A DNA stretch of 64,000 bases from Bacilli bacterium (GTDB taxonomy: Bacteria; Bacillota_I; Bacilli_A; RFN20; CAG-826): NCBI GenBank assembly GCA_045628045.1, contig JAZQOV010000001.1:88151-152150 (forward strand). Reading direction: 5' to 3'. The translations under genes were made by a program, and so were the position numbers. Under the pieces are notes generated by a model, which saw only the letters and a program-made list of their open reading frames with translations, was not told the origin of the DNA and did no database searches. Shown here piece by piece: positions 37,450-47,784 of the stretch (positions are counted from its first letter, which is position 1; each line of letters starts with the position of its first letter).

Positions 37450-39200
37450 TTTCTAAAATCCTCCAAACTAAGTTTTATATCTTTTGCCAATGGCAAATGA
37501 GAGATTTGTCTTAAATTTTGATATGCTTTTAATAATCTAACTGATTCACTTCGTGAGATTGCATAGACAAACATATCCTTCCCTAACATCATTTTAATGA
37601 TTTCTGAAATCTTGTTTGAATTTTCCTTTACGTTAAATTTCGTAGCAAGTTTTTCAAAGTCATATTGTAAAACAAGAACATTTTTAGCAGCGACAAAAGG
37701 AACTCCGTCTTTAAGAAGGGCAACTAAATCACCGAAACTTGGGTGGCCTAAATATGCATTTAATTCATCCCATCTAGCTGTAATGTCTCTCCTGAAATCT
37801 TTGTCGCCGAGAACCATAATCTTAATAATGGTGTCATCGTCAAGTTCATATTTTTCGCCATCAAGAACAACTTCTTTTTTGTTTGGATCATCATCAATCA
37901 ACCAATCTGGAGCCTTTGTATCGTCTTCAACGTTTTCAATGGCTTCCTCTTTAATTGGAACGACGGTTTCCACTGGTTTTTCTATGACAGGTTCTGCAAC
38001 AGGCTCAACAGTTGGAGCTTGTGGTTTTTCCTCAAAAACTACCGGTTTTTCCGGAGATTCTACAGGTTTTTCTATCTTTTCTTCAACTTTGATAACAGGT
38101 TTTACTGGAGTTTCTGCTTCTTGATCATCAAACGATAAAAGTTTCAAAAGAGAAACCTCAAAAAGTGTTTTTATGTTGCTTGCATTTTTAAAATCTAATT
38201 GAAGTTTCAAGAACGTTGCAATCATTTCGTTAAGCTTTTTAAGTTGCATTACAGCAGCGAGTGCTTCCGCATCCGCTTCGTTAAGAACACTGAGCTCGGA
38301 AGCTTCATTTGTTTTCTTGTAAATTAAAACATCTTTTAAGATTTCTAAAACATCCTCAGAAAGTCGTTTTAAGTCTACGCCTCCTTCGGAAAATGATTTA
38401 ACTCTATCAAGAGTTCTGGAAACGTCACCTTTATTAATATCTTCAATTAAACTTAATTTTTCTTTTGTTGAAATAAGACCAAAGATAGCGTAAACATCTT
38501 CAACACATAGTGTGTTATTCGAATAGGCCAAAATTTGATCCAATATTGATAAAGCATCACGCATTCCACCGTCTGCTAATGAAATAATTGCTCTAACAGC
38601 GTTTTTCTCATATTGAACGCCTTCTTTTTCAAGAATTGTCATCATTCTTTCTTCAATATCTGCATCACTTACTTTGGTAAAGTCATATCTTTGACATCTA
38701 GAAAGGATCGTCGGAATAATATTATGAGGTTCTGTTGTAGCAAGAATAAAAATTACGTGTGCAGGAGGTTCCTCAAGTGTTTTAAGCAAAGCGTTAAACG
38801 CATTTGCGGTCATCATATGAACTTCGTCAATAATATAAACCTTGTATCTACCTTTAATTGGAAGATAATTGACTTTGTCAATGAGGTCTCTGACTTGTTC
38901 AACCCCGTTATTGGAGGCAGCATCGATTTCAATAACATCAGGATGTGAACCTTCGGTTACTTCGACACAATTTGAACATTTATTACATTGCGAACCAATT
39001 CCTTCTTCGCAGTTAAGTGCTTTAGCAAATAATTTTGCCATTGTTGTTTTTCCGGTGCCTCTAGGGCCACAGAAAAGATAAGCATGTGCAATTTTGTTGT
39101 TTGCCAATGCGTTCTTTAAAGTACGAATAATGTGCTTTTGACCTGCAACTTCTTCAAATGTTTGAGGTCTATATGTTCTGTATAATGCTTTATATGCCAT
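37446..39200 (-). CDS. dnaX: DNA polymerase III subunit gamma/tau
   Basis: MAYKALYRTYRP, GPRGTGKT, EIDAASN, IIDEVHM, SRC. Start at 39200. Confidence 0.97.
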   Translation of the reverse strand: MAYKALYRTYRPQTFEEVAGQKHIIRTLKNALANNKIAHAYLFCGPRGTGKTTMAKLFAKALNCEEGIGSQCNKCSNCVEVTEGSHPDVIEIDAASNNGVEQVRDLIDKVNYLPIKGRYKVYIIDEVHMMTANAFNALLKTLEEPPAHVIFILATTEPHNIIPTILSRCQRYDFTKVSDADIEERMMTILEKEGVQYEKNAVRAIISLADGGMRDALSILDQILAYSNNTLCVEDVYAIFGLISTKEKLSLIEDINKGDVSRTLDRVKSFSEGGVDLKRLSEDVLEILKDVLIYKKTNEASELSVLNEADAEALAAVMQLKKLNEMIATFLKLQLDFKNASNIKTLFEVSLLKLLSFDDQEAETPVKPVIKVEEKIEKPVESPEKPVVFEEKPQAPTVEPVAEPVIEKPVETVVPIKEEAIENVEDDTKAPDWLIDDDPNKKEVVLDGEKYELDDDTIIKIMVLGDKDFRRDITARWDELNAYLGHPSFGDLVALLKDGVPFVAAKNVLVLQYDFEKLATKFNVKENSNKISEIIKMMLGKDMFVYAISRSESVRLLKAYQNLRQISHLPLAKDIKLSLEDFRK

Positions 39201-39334
39201 AAAATTTACCGCTATTGATTTTATATCAATTATTAAATAAAGAAAAGTAAAAAGAGACAAAATTAATATAAATATTAAAAAATACATGTTTCGCTTTATC
39301 AAAACTTAAGTTTATGGTATAATTCTTGGCACTT

Positions 39335-40417
39335 ATGGAACAAAGCATGTTAAAACGTCTTGAAGCTTCTGAAATAAGACTAGCTGAAGTAGACAAAGAA
39401 TTATTAGATGAAAACGTGATGAAAGATATAAAACGTTTTCGCGACCTTTCTAAAGAAAGATCTAACCTTGAACCAGTAGTTGAAGGTTATCATAAATATC
39501 TAAGAATTGCCTCTGACATTAAAGATGCCGAAGCAATGATAAATGATAAAGACCCAGAAATTGTTGAATTGGGTCATTCAGAACATAAACGTCTTCTCGA
39601 AGAGGAAGCTGTTTTATGCGATCAATTAAGAATCGAACTTCTTCCAAAAGATCCAAATGATGACAAAAACATCATTGTTGAGATTAGAGGAGCCGTTGGT
39701 GGAGATGAGGGAAACATTTTCGCAGGCGATTTATTTAGAATGTATGTGAGATATGCTGAAACACAAGGCTGGAAGATTCAAATGATTGATGAAAGCCCAA
39801 GTGAAGCAGGTGGCTATTCTCTTGTATCATTTATGATAAAAGGAGATAGTGTTTATTCACGTCTTAAATTCGAATCTGGCGCACACCGTGTTCAAAGAGT
39901 ACCAAAGACTGAAGCTTCTGGACGTATTCATACTTCAACGGCAACAGTTTTAGTTATGCCTGAAGTTGAAGAAATCGATTACGAAATCAAAATGGAAGAT
40001 ATTCAAGTTGATACTTATCGTTCACAAGGCGCCGGAGGTCAAAATGTTAACAAAACAGAATCTGCTGTTCGTATGACTCATATTCCTACTGGTGTAGTCG
40101 CATCATGTCAGATAGAAAAATCTCAAATCCAAAACAGAGCTCTTTGTATGCAAATGTTAAGAGCTAAGATTTTTGCAAAATTGCAAGAAGAACAAGATGC
40201 AAAAGTTGGTAATGAACGCAAACTAAAAGTTGGTACTGGTGAAAGATCCGAAAAGATTAGAACGTACAACTATCCACAAAACAGAGTCACCGATCACAGA
40301 ATCAGCTTTACTGTGCAAAAACTTGATCGAGTTATGGAAGGCGATTTAGATGAAATTTTAGATGCTCTTCAACACTATGATCAAGAGATGAAAATGCTTG
40401 GCGAACAAGAAAAATAA
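39335..40417 (+). CDS. prfA: Peptide chain release factor 1
   Basis: HRVQRVPKTE (PxT), GAGGQ, RTYNYPQNR. Confidence 0.97.
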   Translation: MEQSMLKRLEASEIRLAEVDKELLDENVMKDIKRFRDLSKERSNLEPVVEGYHKYLRIASDIKDAEAMINDKDPEIVELGHSEHKRLLEEEAVLCDQLRIELLPKDPNDDKNIIVEIRGAVGGDEGNIFAGDLFRMYVRYAETQGWKIQMIDESPSEAGGYSLVSFMIKGDSVYSRLKFESGAHRVQRVPKTEASGRIHTSTATVLVMPEVEEIDYEIKMEDIQVDTYRSQGAGGQNVNKTESAVRMTHIPTGVVASCQIEKSQIQNRALCMQMLRAKIFAKLQEEQDAKVGNERKLKVGTGERSEKIRTYNYPQNRVTDHRISFTVQKLDRVMEGDLDEILDALQHYDQEMKMLGEQEK

Positions 40418-41256
40418 TGACTTTATTTGAAGCGTATCAAGACGCAGTTAAAAAACTAAAAAATCCAGCCGTTGATGAAATCTCAGTGCGCATACTTTTG
40501 TGTCACAATAACGGGATCAAATCGATGTCTGGTTTTTATATTCACAAAAACGAAAATATCAGGGATTTTCCGTTATTTTCCGCACAATTTCAGCGTTTTT
40601 TAGATGGAGAACCAATTCAATATATTTTAAATGAAACCGAATTTTTAGGGCGCGAATTTTATGTCGATAATCGTGTCTTAATACCACGTCAAGAAACTGA
40701 AGAAGTTGTTACTCAAGCGCTCATAAGAGCAATGAAAGTTTATGGTGATCATGTCATCAATGTTGCAGACATTTGTTGTGGCTCTGGAGTAATGGGAATT
40801 TCTATTGCTAAAAACTTAAAAGTTAGATATCTTTTTATGTCTGATATTTCTGCTGATGCAGTTGAGGTCGCAAAGAAAAATGCAGTTAAAAATGATGTCA
40901 TTGCGAATTTCTTTGTAGGCAATGCTTGCGATGAACTTGTAAAAGCTGGAGCAAAAGTTGATTTACTTGTTGCAAACCCGCCTTATATTTTAAAAAAAGA
41001 AGATGTTGATAAGTCAGTCCTTGATAATGAACCGCATATTGCTTTATTTGCAGATGCTGAATTAAGTGTTTATAGAGACATTTTTAAGGCTCTACCAAAG
41101 ATTAAAAACAAGACAATGCTTTGCGTTTTTGAAATAGGTTATGACTTAAAAGAAAAACTCATAAAATTAATGAGCGAAACATTAAAAAATGTTACTTTTG
41201 GGTTCGCAAAAGACATAAATGGTAAGGAAAGAATACTTATTCTTCAAATATGGTAG
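40417..41256 (+). CDS. prmC: Release factor glutamine methyltransferase
   Basis: EPIQYI, VLIPRQETE, DICCGSG, NPPY; follows prfA. Confidence 0.93.
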   Translation: MTLFEAYQDAVKKLKNPAVDEISVRILLCHNNGIKSMSGFYIHKNENIRDFPLFSAQFQRFLDGEPIQYILNETEFLGREFYVDNRVLIPRQETEEVVTQALIRAMKVYGDHVINVADICCGSGVMGISIAKNLKVRYLFMSDISADAVEVAKKNAVKNDVIANFFVGNACDELVKAGAKVDLLVANPPYILKKEDVDKSVLDNEPHIALFADAELSVYRDIFKALPKIKNKTMLCVFEIGYDLKEKLIKLMSETLKNVTFGFAKDINGKERILILQIW

Positions 41257-41268
41257 TAAAATAGAATT

Positions 41269-41886
41269 ATGAAAATGTTAAAACAATCACAGCTAGGTGA
41301 AGCTGCAAAAATACTTAAAAATAGTGGAATAATTGCTTTCCCAACTGAAACCGTATATGGGTTAGGTGTTGTCTATGACAACAAAGAAGCATATGATAAG
41401 CTTGTTGCGGTCAAAAGAAGACCTCCAGAGAAACCATTCACTTTAATGCTTGCGGACACTAAAGATATTGAAAAGTACGCAAAGTTAAATTCAACATCAA
41501 AAGCCTTAATTGAGGCATTTATGCCTGGTCAATTTACAATGATTACTGACGCACAACCTGGTTTACCAGCTTGGTGTGTTTCAGAAGTCGGAAGAGTCGG
41601 GATTAGAATTGCAGATTTTGATGTAATCCGCGAATTAATTCGCAAAACAGGAAAACCACTTCTTGTTCCAAGTGCAAATAGATCTGGTGAACACCCTGCA
41701 ACAAGTTCTGGAGAAGTTGAAGCAGTATTTGGTGATGAATTAGATGCAATTGTTGAAGGAAAAAGCATAAGCAACACACCGTCAACTGTCGTTTTAGTAG
41801 AAGAAAAATATACTCACGTCTTCAGAGAAGGCGTTGTAACTTTAGATCAAATTAAGAAAGTTGTCTCAAAGGAGAATGTAAAATGA
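41269..41886 (+). CDS. tsaC: Threonylcarbamoyl-AMP synthase (TsaC/YrdC short form)
   Basis: FPTETVYGL, KRRP..KP, PSANRSG. Confidence 0.93.
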   Translation: MKMLKQSQLGEAAKILKNSGIIAFPTETVYGLGVVYDNKEAYDKLVAVKRRPPEKPFTLMLADTKDIEKYAKLNSTSKALIEAFMPGQFTMITDAQPGLPAWCVSEVGRVGIRIADFDVIRELIRKTGKPLLVPSANRSGEHPATSSGEVEAVFGDELDAIVEGKSISNTPSTVVLVEEKYTHVFREGVVTLDQIKKVVSKENVK

Positions 41887-42308
41887 AAATAGCATTAGCA
41901 AGCGACCACGCAGGTTATAAATATAAAGAAGAAATTAAAAAATATCTTTCAAAGAAAGGCCATGAAATCGTAGATTGTGGTACGAATTCAGAAGAATCAT
42001 GCGATTATCCAATTTTTGCACACGCCGCAGCTAAAAAAGTTGCAGAAAAAGAAGCAAACTTTGGAGTTCTTGTTTGCTCTTCGGGTGAAGGCATAATGAT
42101 TGCCGCAAATAAGATTAAAGGAATTAGAGCAGGAATGGGTTATAACGACGATGTCGCACGCTTGATGAGACAACACAATAACGCAAACATGATTGCTTTT
42201 GGCGCTAACTTTATGGCACTAGAAGATGTTGAGAGAAGAATTGATATTTTCTTAGCCACAGAATTTGAGGGCGGACGCCACGAACGAAGAGTTAACGAAA
42301 TAGAATAA
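41883..42308 (+). CDS. rpiB: Ribose-5-phosphate isomerase B family
   Basis: SDHAG, CDYP, CSSGEG, HNNAN, FEGGRHERR. Confidence 0.92.
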   Translation: MKIALASDHAGYKYKEEIKKYLSKKGHEIVDCGTNSEESCDYPIFAHAAAKKVAEKEANFGVLVCSSGEGIMIAANKIKGIRAGMGYNDDVARLMRQHNNANMIAFGANFMALEDVERRIDIFLATEFEGGRHERRVNEIE

Positions 42309-42382
42309 CAAAAAAAGTTTCAATATAATTGAAAAAATGCCTCAAATGACATTTTTTCTTTTTTTTCTCTAATTAGTATACG

Positions 42383-43549
42383 ATGGCACATGAATTTGAA
42401 TGCCCTAGATGTGGCAACAAAAATCCGCGTTATATTGGCTACCTAAATGGGAAGCCTTATTGTCGTTTTTGTATTTCAATGAACGGCAAAAGCGCTAAAC
42501 CTCCAAAGAAGAAAAATGGCGCGGTTATCTTAAAGCTTGATTATGCACTCTCAGAGGAACAAGAAAGGATTTCAGAAAAAGTCGTAGCTAATTATAAACA
42601 AAACAAAGATACATTAATCAATGCTGTTTGTGGTGCAGGTAAAACAGAACTTGTCTATAAGCTAATTTCATATTGTTTATCGCAGCACAAAACAGTTGCA
42701 TTTGCTGTTCCAAGAAGAGATGTTGTAATCGAATTATGCATGAGAATTAGAGATGCTTTTCCATCAAATTATGTGACATCAGTATACGGAGGGCATGCGG
42801 ATCATCTTGAAGGTGATATTGTTGTTTTAACGACACACCAATTTTATAGATATGAGAAGTATTTTGATTTAATAATTCTTGATGAAATCGATGCCTTCCC
42901 GTTTAAAGATAATAAACTTTTAAACCTTATGTTTTTTCGCGCAGCAAGAGGAAATATTGTAATGCTTTCTGCAACCCCTTCAGATGACATAATTCAGTAT
43001 TTTACCGAGGAAAACCGGGAGATTTTGTACTTAAATACTAGATTTCATCGACATCCTTTGCCTGTGCCGGAGGTTGTTATAAAAATTGGTTATCTTAAAT
43101 TTTTCTATCTAATTTCAAAAGTAAAAAAGTTTATTGAGGAAGAGAAAAAAGTTTTTATTTTTGCACCAACAATTGACAGGTGTGAATTTGTTTTTAAAGT
43201 AGTGTCAAAAGTTTTGTCGAATGGAAGATTTGTTCATTCTAAATGTAAAGATCGGTCACAGATTATTTCCGATTTTAAAAAAGGAAAGTACGATTATTTA
43301 GTTTCGACAGCAGTTTTAGAAAGAGGCGTTACTTTTAAAAATCTCCAAGTAATTATTTTTGATGCTGACAGCGAGATTTATGATTCAGCATCTTTAGTAC
43401 AAATTTCAGGTAGAGTAGGGAGGAAATTCGATGCTCCAGAAGGCGAAGTCATTTTTCTTGTCAATAGGACAACAACTGAAATCGAAAATGCCATCAGCAC
43501 AATTAAACACAAAAACGAGTCTTTGCAAAATATGCTTCAAACCAATTAA
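42383..43549 (+). CDS. comFA: Competence DEAD-box ATPase ComFA
   Basis: CPRC...CRFC zinc motif, AVCGAGKTE, PRRDV, DEIDAFP, LERGVT, QISGRVGR. Confidence 0.9.
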   Translation: MAHEFECPRCGNKNPRYIGYLNGKPYCRFCISMNGKSAKPPKKKNGAVILKLDYALSEEQERISEKVVANYKQNKDTLINAVCGAGKTELVYKLISYCLSQHKTVAFAVPRRDVVIELCMRIRDAFPSNYVTSVYGGHADHLEGDIVVLTTHQFYRYEKYFDLIILDEIDAFPFKDNKLLNLMFFRAARGNIVMLSATPSDDIIQYFTEENREILYLNTRFHRHPLPVPEVVIKIGYLKFFYLISKVKKFIEEEKKVFIFAPTIDRCEFVFKVVSKVLSNGRFVHSKCKDRSQIISDFKKGKYDYLVSTAVLERGVTFKNLQVIIFDADSEIYDSASLVQISGRVGRKFDAPEGEVIFLVNRTTTEIENAISTIKHKNESLQNMLQTN

Positions 43550-44129
43550 TGAAGTCAATTTTCACACAATTTTCAATAAAGATACGGCAATTTGTCATGA
43601 TTGTTTATTGGCATTACAACCCAAATTTAACGAATTCATTTTTGAGGGAATAAAATGTATGAATATTTACTATTATAACGAGAAAATTCAAGAGATTTTA
43701 TACCAATTCAAAGGTTGTAAAGATTATGAACTAAAGAATATATTTTTTGATTATTATAAAAATTATTTAAATTTAAAATTTCGAGGATATGTAAAAATTC
43801 CTGCGCCATCCTCTAAGGAAGGAGATGAAGAAAGAGGGTTTAATCATGTCGTGGAGATGTTTAGTTTTTTAAAATGTAGGGATCTAAGGTGTATCCATAA
43901 AACAAAACAGGTTAAGCAGGCCGATTTAACAACAAAAGAAAGGGAACAAATTTCAAATTTCTTAGTTATTGATGATGTTGATTTGAGCAATAAAAAAATA
44001 TTGCTCGTTGATGATGTTTTCACAACAGGCTCCACAATGAGGGCAATGATTAATCTTGTCAAAGACAAGGGAGCGAAGGAAATAAAGATATTGACAATGT
44101 CAAAAACTATTGATTTGGATTTAAGATAA
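43488..44129 (+). CDS. comFC: ComFC-family phosphoribosyltransferase-like protein
   Basis: CKIC...CHDC, RGFNH, LLVDDVFTTGST; follows comFA. Start codon uncertain. Confidence 0.88.
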   Translation: MPSAQLNTKTSLCKICFKPINEVNFHTIFNKDTAICHDCLLALQPKFNEFIFEGIKCMNIYYYNEKIQEILYQFKGCKDYELKNIFFDYYKNYLNLKFRGYVKIPAPSSKEGDEERGFNHVVEMFSFLKCRDLRCIHKTKQVKQADLTTKEREQISNFLVIDDVDLSNKKILLVDDVFTTGSTMRAMINLVKDKGAKEIKILTMSKTIDLDLR

Positions 44130-44241
44130 TTATTCACGAAAAAGAAAAAACCAATCCATTTATCCCATTAAGAATATAATTGGGTTGCGATACCATTTAT
44201 ATATGGTAAAATACTAAATTGTCCGATTAAGGAGCATTACT

Positions 44242-46665
44242 ATGGCAAATTTTATTGAAAAAATGTTTAGAGTTGACGAACGTGTCCTCAAAAAATATGA
44301 AAAAATGGCAAACAATGTCCTTGCTTATGAAGAAACAATGGCAAAGTTGTCAGATGAAGAATTACAGGCAAAAACGCCTTATTTTAAAGATCTTTTAGCA
44401 AAAGGCGCAACACTTGAAGATATAAAGTACGAAGCAATGGCTGTTGCTCGTGAAGCTGCAAGAAGAACTCTTGGTCAGTTCCCTTATAAAGTTCAAGTTA
44501 TTGGTGCTTTAGTTATGCACGATGGCGATGTTGCTGAAATGAGAACAGGTGAAGGTAAAACCTTAACCGCTACCATGGCAATTTACTTAAATGCTCTTGA
44601 AGGAAAAGGCGCTTACGTAGTAACTGTTAATGAATACCTTGCTCAACGTGACGCTGAGTGGATGGGACAAATCTATAGATTTTTAGGTTTAACTGTTGGT
44701 TGCAATATTCATGATTTATCAATTCAAGAAAAACAACAACAACACTTATGCGATATTTGTTATTCAACAAACTCAGAACTCGGTTTTGACTACTTAAGAG
44801 ATAATATGGCCAATAAGAGAGAGCGCAGAGTTCTCCGTGGCTTACATTACGCAGTTGTCGATGAAGCTGACTCAATTTTAATTGATGAATCAAGAACACC
44901 ACTTATTATTTCTGGTCAAGCAAGAACATCTGCTTCAAGCTATAAAACATACGATTTATTTGCAAAATCTCTTAAAAGAGATGTTGATTTTGAAATCGAT
45001 ATTAAAGATAAAACCTGTTCATTAACAGACGCAGGTAATAAGCGTGCATCACAACTTTTTGGTGTTGAAAATTTATATGATGCTGATCACCAAGAAGATT
45101 TGCATAGAATTCAACAAGCTTTAAAAGCTAACTATATCATGAATCGTGATGTTGAATATATGGTTGACGCCGAAGGCGAAATTCAACTTATTGACCAATC
45201 AACCGGTCGTATTCTTAAAGGACGTGAATACTCTGATGGTTTACAACAAGCTATTCAAGCTAAAGAAAACGTCAAAATTAAAGAAGAAACTGTCACAATG
45301 GCAACAATTACATATCAAAACTTCTTCCGTCTTTTTAAGAAGATGTCTGGTATGACTGGTACTGCAAAGACCGAAGAAGAAGAATTCCAAAAGATTTACA
45401 ACATGAGAGTTGTTGTCATTCCAACTAATAGACCAATTCAAAGAATTGATGCTATCGATTACATCTATGCTCATAAGAGTGAAAAATTAGCAGAACTTGT
45501 TAAAGAAGTTAAAGAAAGACATGAAAAAGGACAACCAATTTTAATTGGTACTGTTTCAGTCGAATCTTCTGAAGAAGTATCTGCTCTTCTTGATAGAGAA
45601 GGACTTCACCACGAAACATTGAATGCTAAAAACCACGCTCGTGAAGCTGAAATTATCGCTCACGCTGGTGAAAAAGGCGCAATCACAGTCGCTACAAACA
45701 TGGCTGGCCGTGGTACCGATATAAAGATTAATGACGAAGTCAAGGCATTAGGTGGTTTATGTGTTTTTGGTACAGAAAGACACGAGTCACGTCGTATTGA
45801 TAACCAATTACGTGGTCGTTCCGGACGTCAAGGAGACCCAGGTTTCTCAAGATTCTATGTTTCTTTCGATGATGATCTTTTAAAGAGATTTGCTGCAGAA
45901 TCAGTTCAATCTCGTATTGAATCATTTGGCCCAGGACCACTTGAATCTAAAATGTTCTCTGCAGTTATTACAAACGCACAAAAACAAATTGAAGGTCAAA
46001 ACTTCGATGTTCGTAAGAACCTTCTTGATTACGATGATGTTATTTCAAGACAACGTAAGGCTATTTACGAAAAACGTGACGCAATTATTTATGCTGAAGA
46101 TATTACTGGTATGATTGAAGAATTCTTTAGTGTTGCAGGTTTTTGCTTGGCAAAGAAAGCAATTCCAGAGGGCTCTAATGATGATTTGCTCAGTGGAGAA
46201 TTACTCAAAAAAGTTCTTGAACCAAAATTCATTCCAGAAGGTGCATTCAATGGTGATTTATATGATGAAGCTCCATTTGAAGAAGCCGGAAAAGATCTTG
46301 GCGAATATCTCTTAGAGAACTACTACGTCCGTCGTAAACAATGGGGTGAAGAAATTGCAAGACAAGTTGAACGCGATCTTTGCTTACAAACAATTGATCA
46401 AAACTGGACAAAACAAATCGATACAATGGCAAGACTTCGTGAAGGTATTCACTTAAGAAGCTATGCAAATACAAACCCACTTCAAGATTACGTTAATGAA
46501 GGACAATCTTTATTTAGAGAGTGTTTAGAGAACATTTCTCAAGAAGTTGTTTTCAAATTTTTAAACGTTATTGTTCAACTCAAAAAACCAGTAGAAGAGC
46601 AAAAAGAAGCGGAAAAACCCGCAGAAAATGACGTTATAGACGTTGATTCAAAAGAAAAGGAATAG
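44242..46665 (+). CDS. secA: Preprotein translocase ATPase SecA
   Basis: MRTGEGKT, VDEADSILIDE, ATNMAGRGTD, QLRGRSGRQGDPG. Confidence 0.98.
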   Translation: MANFIEKMFRVDERVLKKYEKMANNVLAYEETMAKLSDEELQAKTPYFKDLLAKGATLEDIKYEAMAVAREAARRTLGQFPYKVQVIGALVMHDGDVAEMRTGEGKTLTATMAIYLNALEGKGAYVVTVNEYLAQRDAEWMGQIYRFLGLTVGCNIHDLSIQEKQQQHLCDICYSTNSELGFDYLRDNMANKRERRVLRGLHYAVVDEADSILIDESRTPLIISGQARTSASSYKTYDLFAKSLKRDVDFEIDIKDKTCSLTDAGNKRASQLFGVENLYDADHQEDLHRIQQALKANYIMNRDVEYMVDAEGEIQLIDQSTGRILKGREYSDGLQQAIQAKENVKIKEETVTMATITYQNFFRLFKKMSGMTGTAKTEEEEFQKIYNMRVVVIPTNRPIQRIDAIDYIYAHKSEKLAELVKEVKERHEKGQPILIGTVSVESSEEVSALLDREGLHHETLNAKNHAREAEIIAHAGEKGAITVATNMAGRGTDIKINDEVKALGGLCVFGTERHESRRIDNQLRGRSGRQGDPGFSRFYVSFDDDLLKRFAAESVQSRIESFGPGPLESKMFSAVITNAQKQIEGQNFDVRKNLLDYDDVISRQRKAIYEKRDAIIYAEDITGMIEEFFSVAGFCLAKKAIPEGSNDDLLSGELLKKVLEPKFIPEGAFNGDLYDEAPFEEAGKDLGEYLLENYYVRRKQWGEEIARQVERDLCLQTIDQNWTKQIDTMARLREGIHLRSYANTNPLQDYVNEGQSLFRECLENISQEVVFKFLNVIVQLKKPVEEQKEAEKPAENDVIDVDSKEKE

Positions 46666-46667
46666 TC

Positions 46668-47784
46668 ATGAAAGAGCTTCAAGAATTACGCTTAGAACTT
46701 TCAAAAGTTACTGAGATGGTAAATAGGCTCGGTGACTCTCTTTGACCTTGCTTTCTTAGATAACAAAGTAAAAGAATTAGAAGCTGCACAAAATGTGGAC
46801 GGCTTTTGGGACAACCAAAAAGCAGCGTTAAAAATCATCGATGAATTTAACGATGCTAAGGAAAAACGTGACACATATTTAAAAATACAAAAAAATCATA
46901 AAGAGATTTCTGATTTGCTTTTTGCAACTTCAGATTCCGATGAAGACATGAGAGCACTACTAGAAGAAATGATTTCTGATCTAGAAAAAGAAACAAAAGT
47001 TTTTAGACAAAAATTATTATTTGTTGGTCAGTTTGACAAAAATGATGTTACTTTAGAAATTCATTCTGGAGCAGGTGGCACAGAGGCACAAGATTGGGCC
47101 GACATGCTCTCAAGAATGTACGTGCGTTGGTGTGAGAAACACCATATGAAATTTTCAGTTGTGGATCAACAACCAGGTGAAGAAGCCGGCATAAAATCGA
47201 TTGTTTTTAACATAAGTGGCAAAAATGCTTATGGACTTTTAAAATCAGAAAAAGGTGTTCATAGATTAGTAAGAATTTCACCTTTTGATGCTAATAAAAG
47301 AAGACACACTTCATTTGCATCAGTTAACGTAATTCCTCTTTTTGACGATGATGTTGACATTGTTATTGATGATAAAGATTTAAGGGTTGATACGTATAGA
47401 TCTGGTGGAGCTGGTGGTCAAAATGTTAACAAGGTTGAAACAGCTGTTCGCATTACTCATATTCCAACTGGAATTGTTGTAAGTTGTCAAATTGAAAGAT
47501 CACAACTTTTAAATAAAGAAACTGCAATGAAAATGTTAAAAAGCCGCCTCTATCAATTAGAGATTGAAAAGAAAGAAGCTGCGCTTAAAAACATTGTTGG
47601 AGAACAGAAAGATATTGAATGGGGGTCACAAATACGTTCATACGTCTTCTGCCCGTACACTCTAGTAAAAGATAATCGTACAAACTATTCAGAAGGTGAT
47701 GTAGACCTTGTTATGGATGGCGAGTTAGATGGTTTTATTTATGCTTACCTTGAGGATTTGGCTAGACATGCCGAATTAAAATAA
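46668..47784 (+). CDS. prfB: Peptide chain release factor 2, expressed by programmed +1 frameshift
   Basis: ATG 46668 frame reaches CTT TGA C at 46740-46746; the +1 frame continues DLAFLD... with SPF and GGQ motifs. Confidence 0.95.

Noticed and set aside
46732-47784. prfB as a truncated gene or pseudogene starting at GTG 46732
   Set aside because: Explained by the conserved CTT-TGA-C programmed frameshift from ATG 46668.
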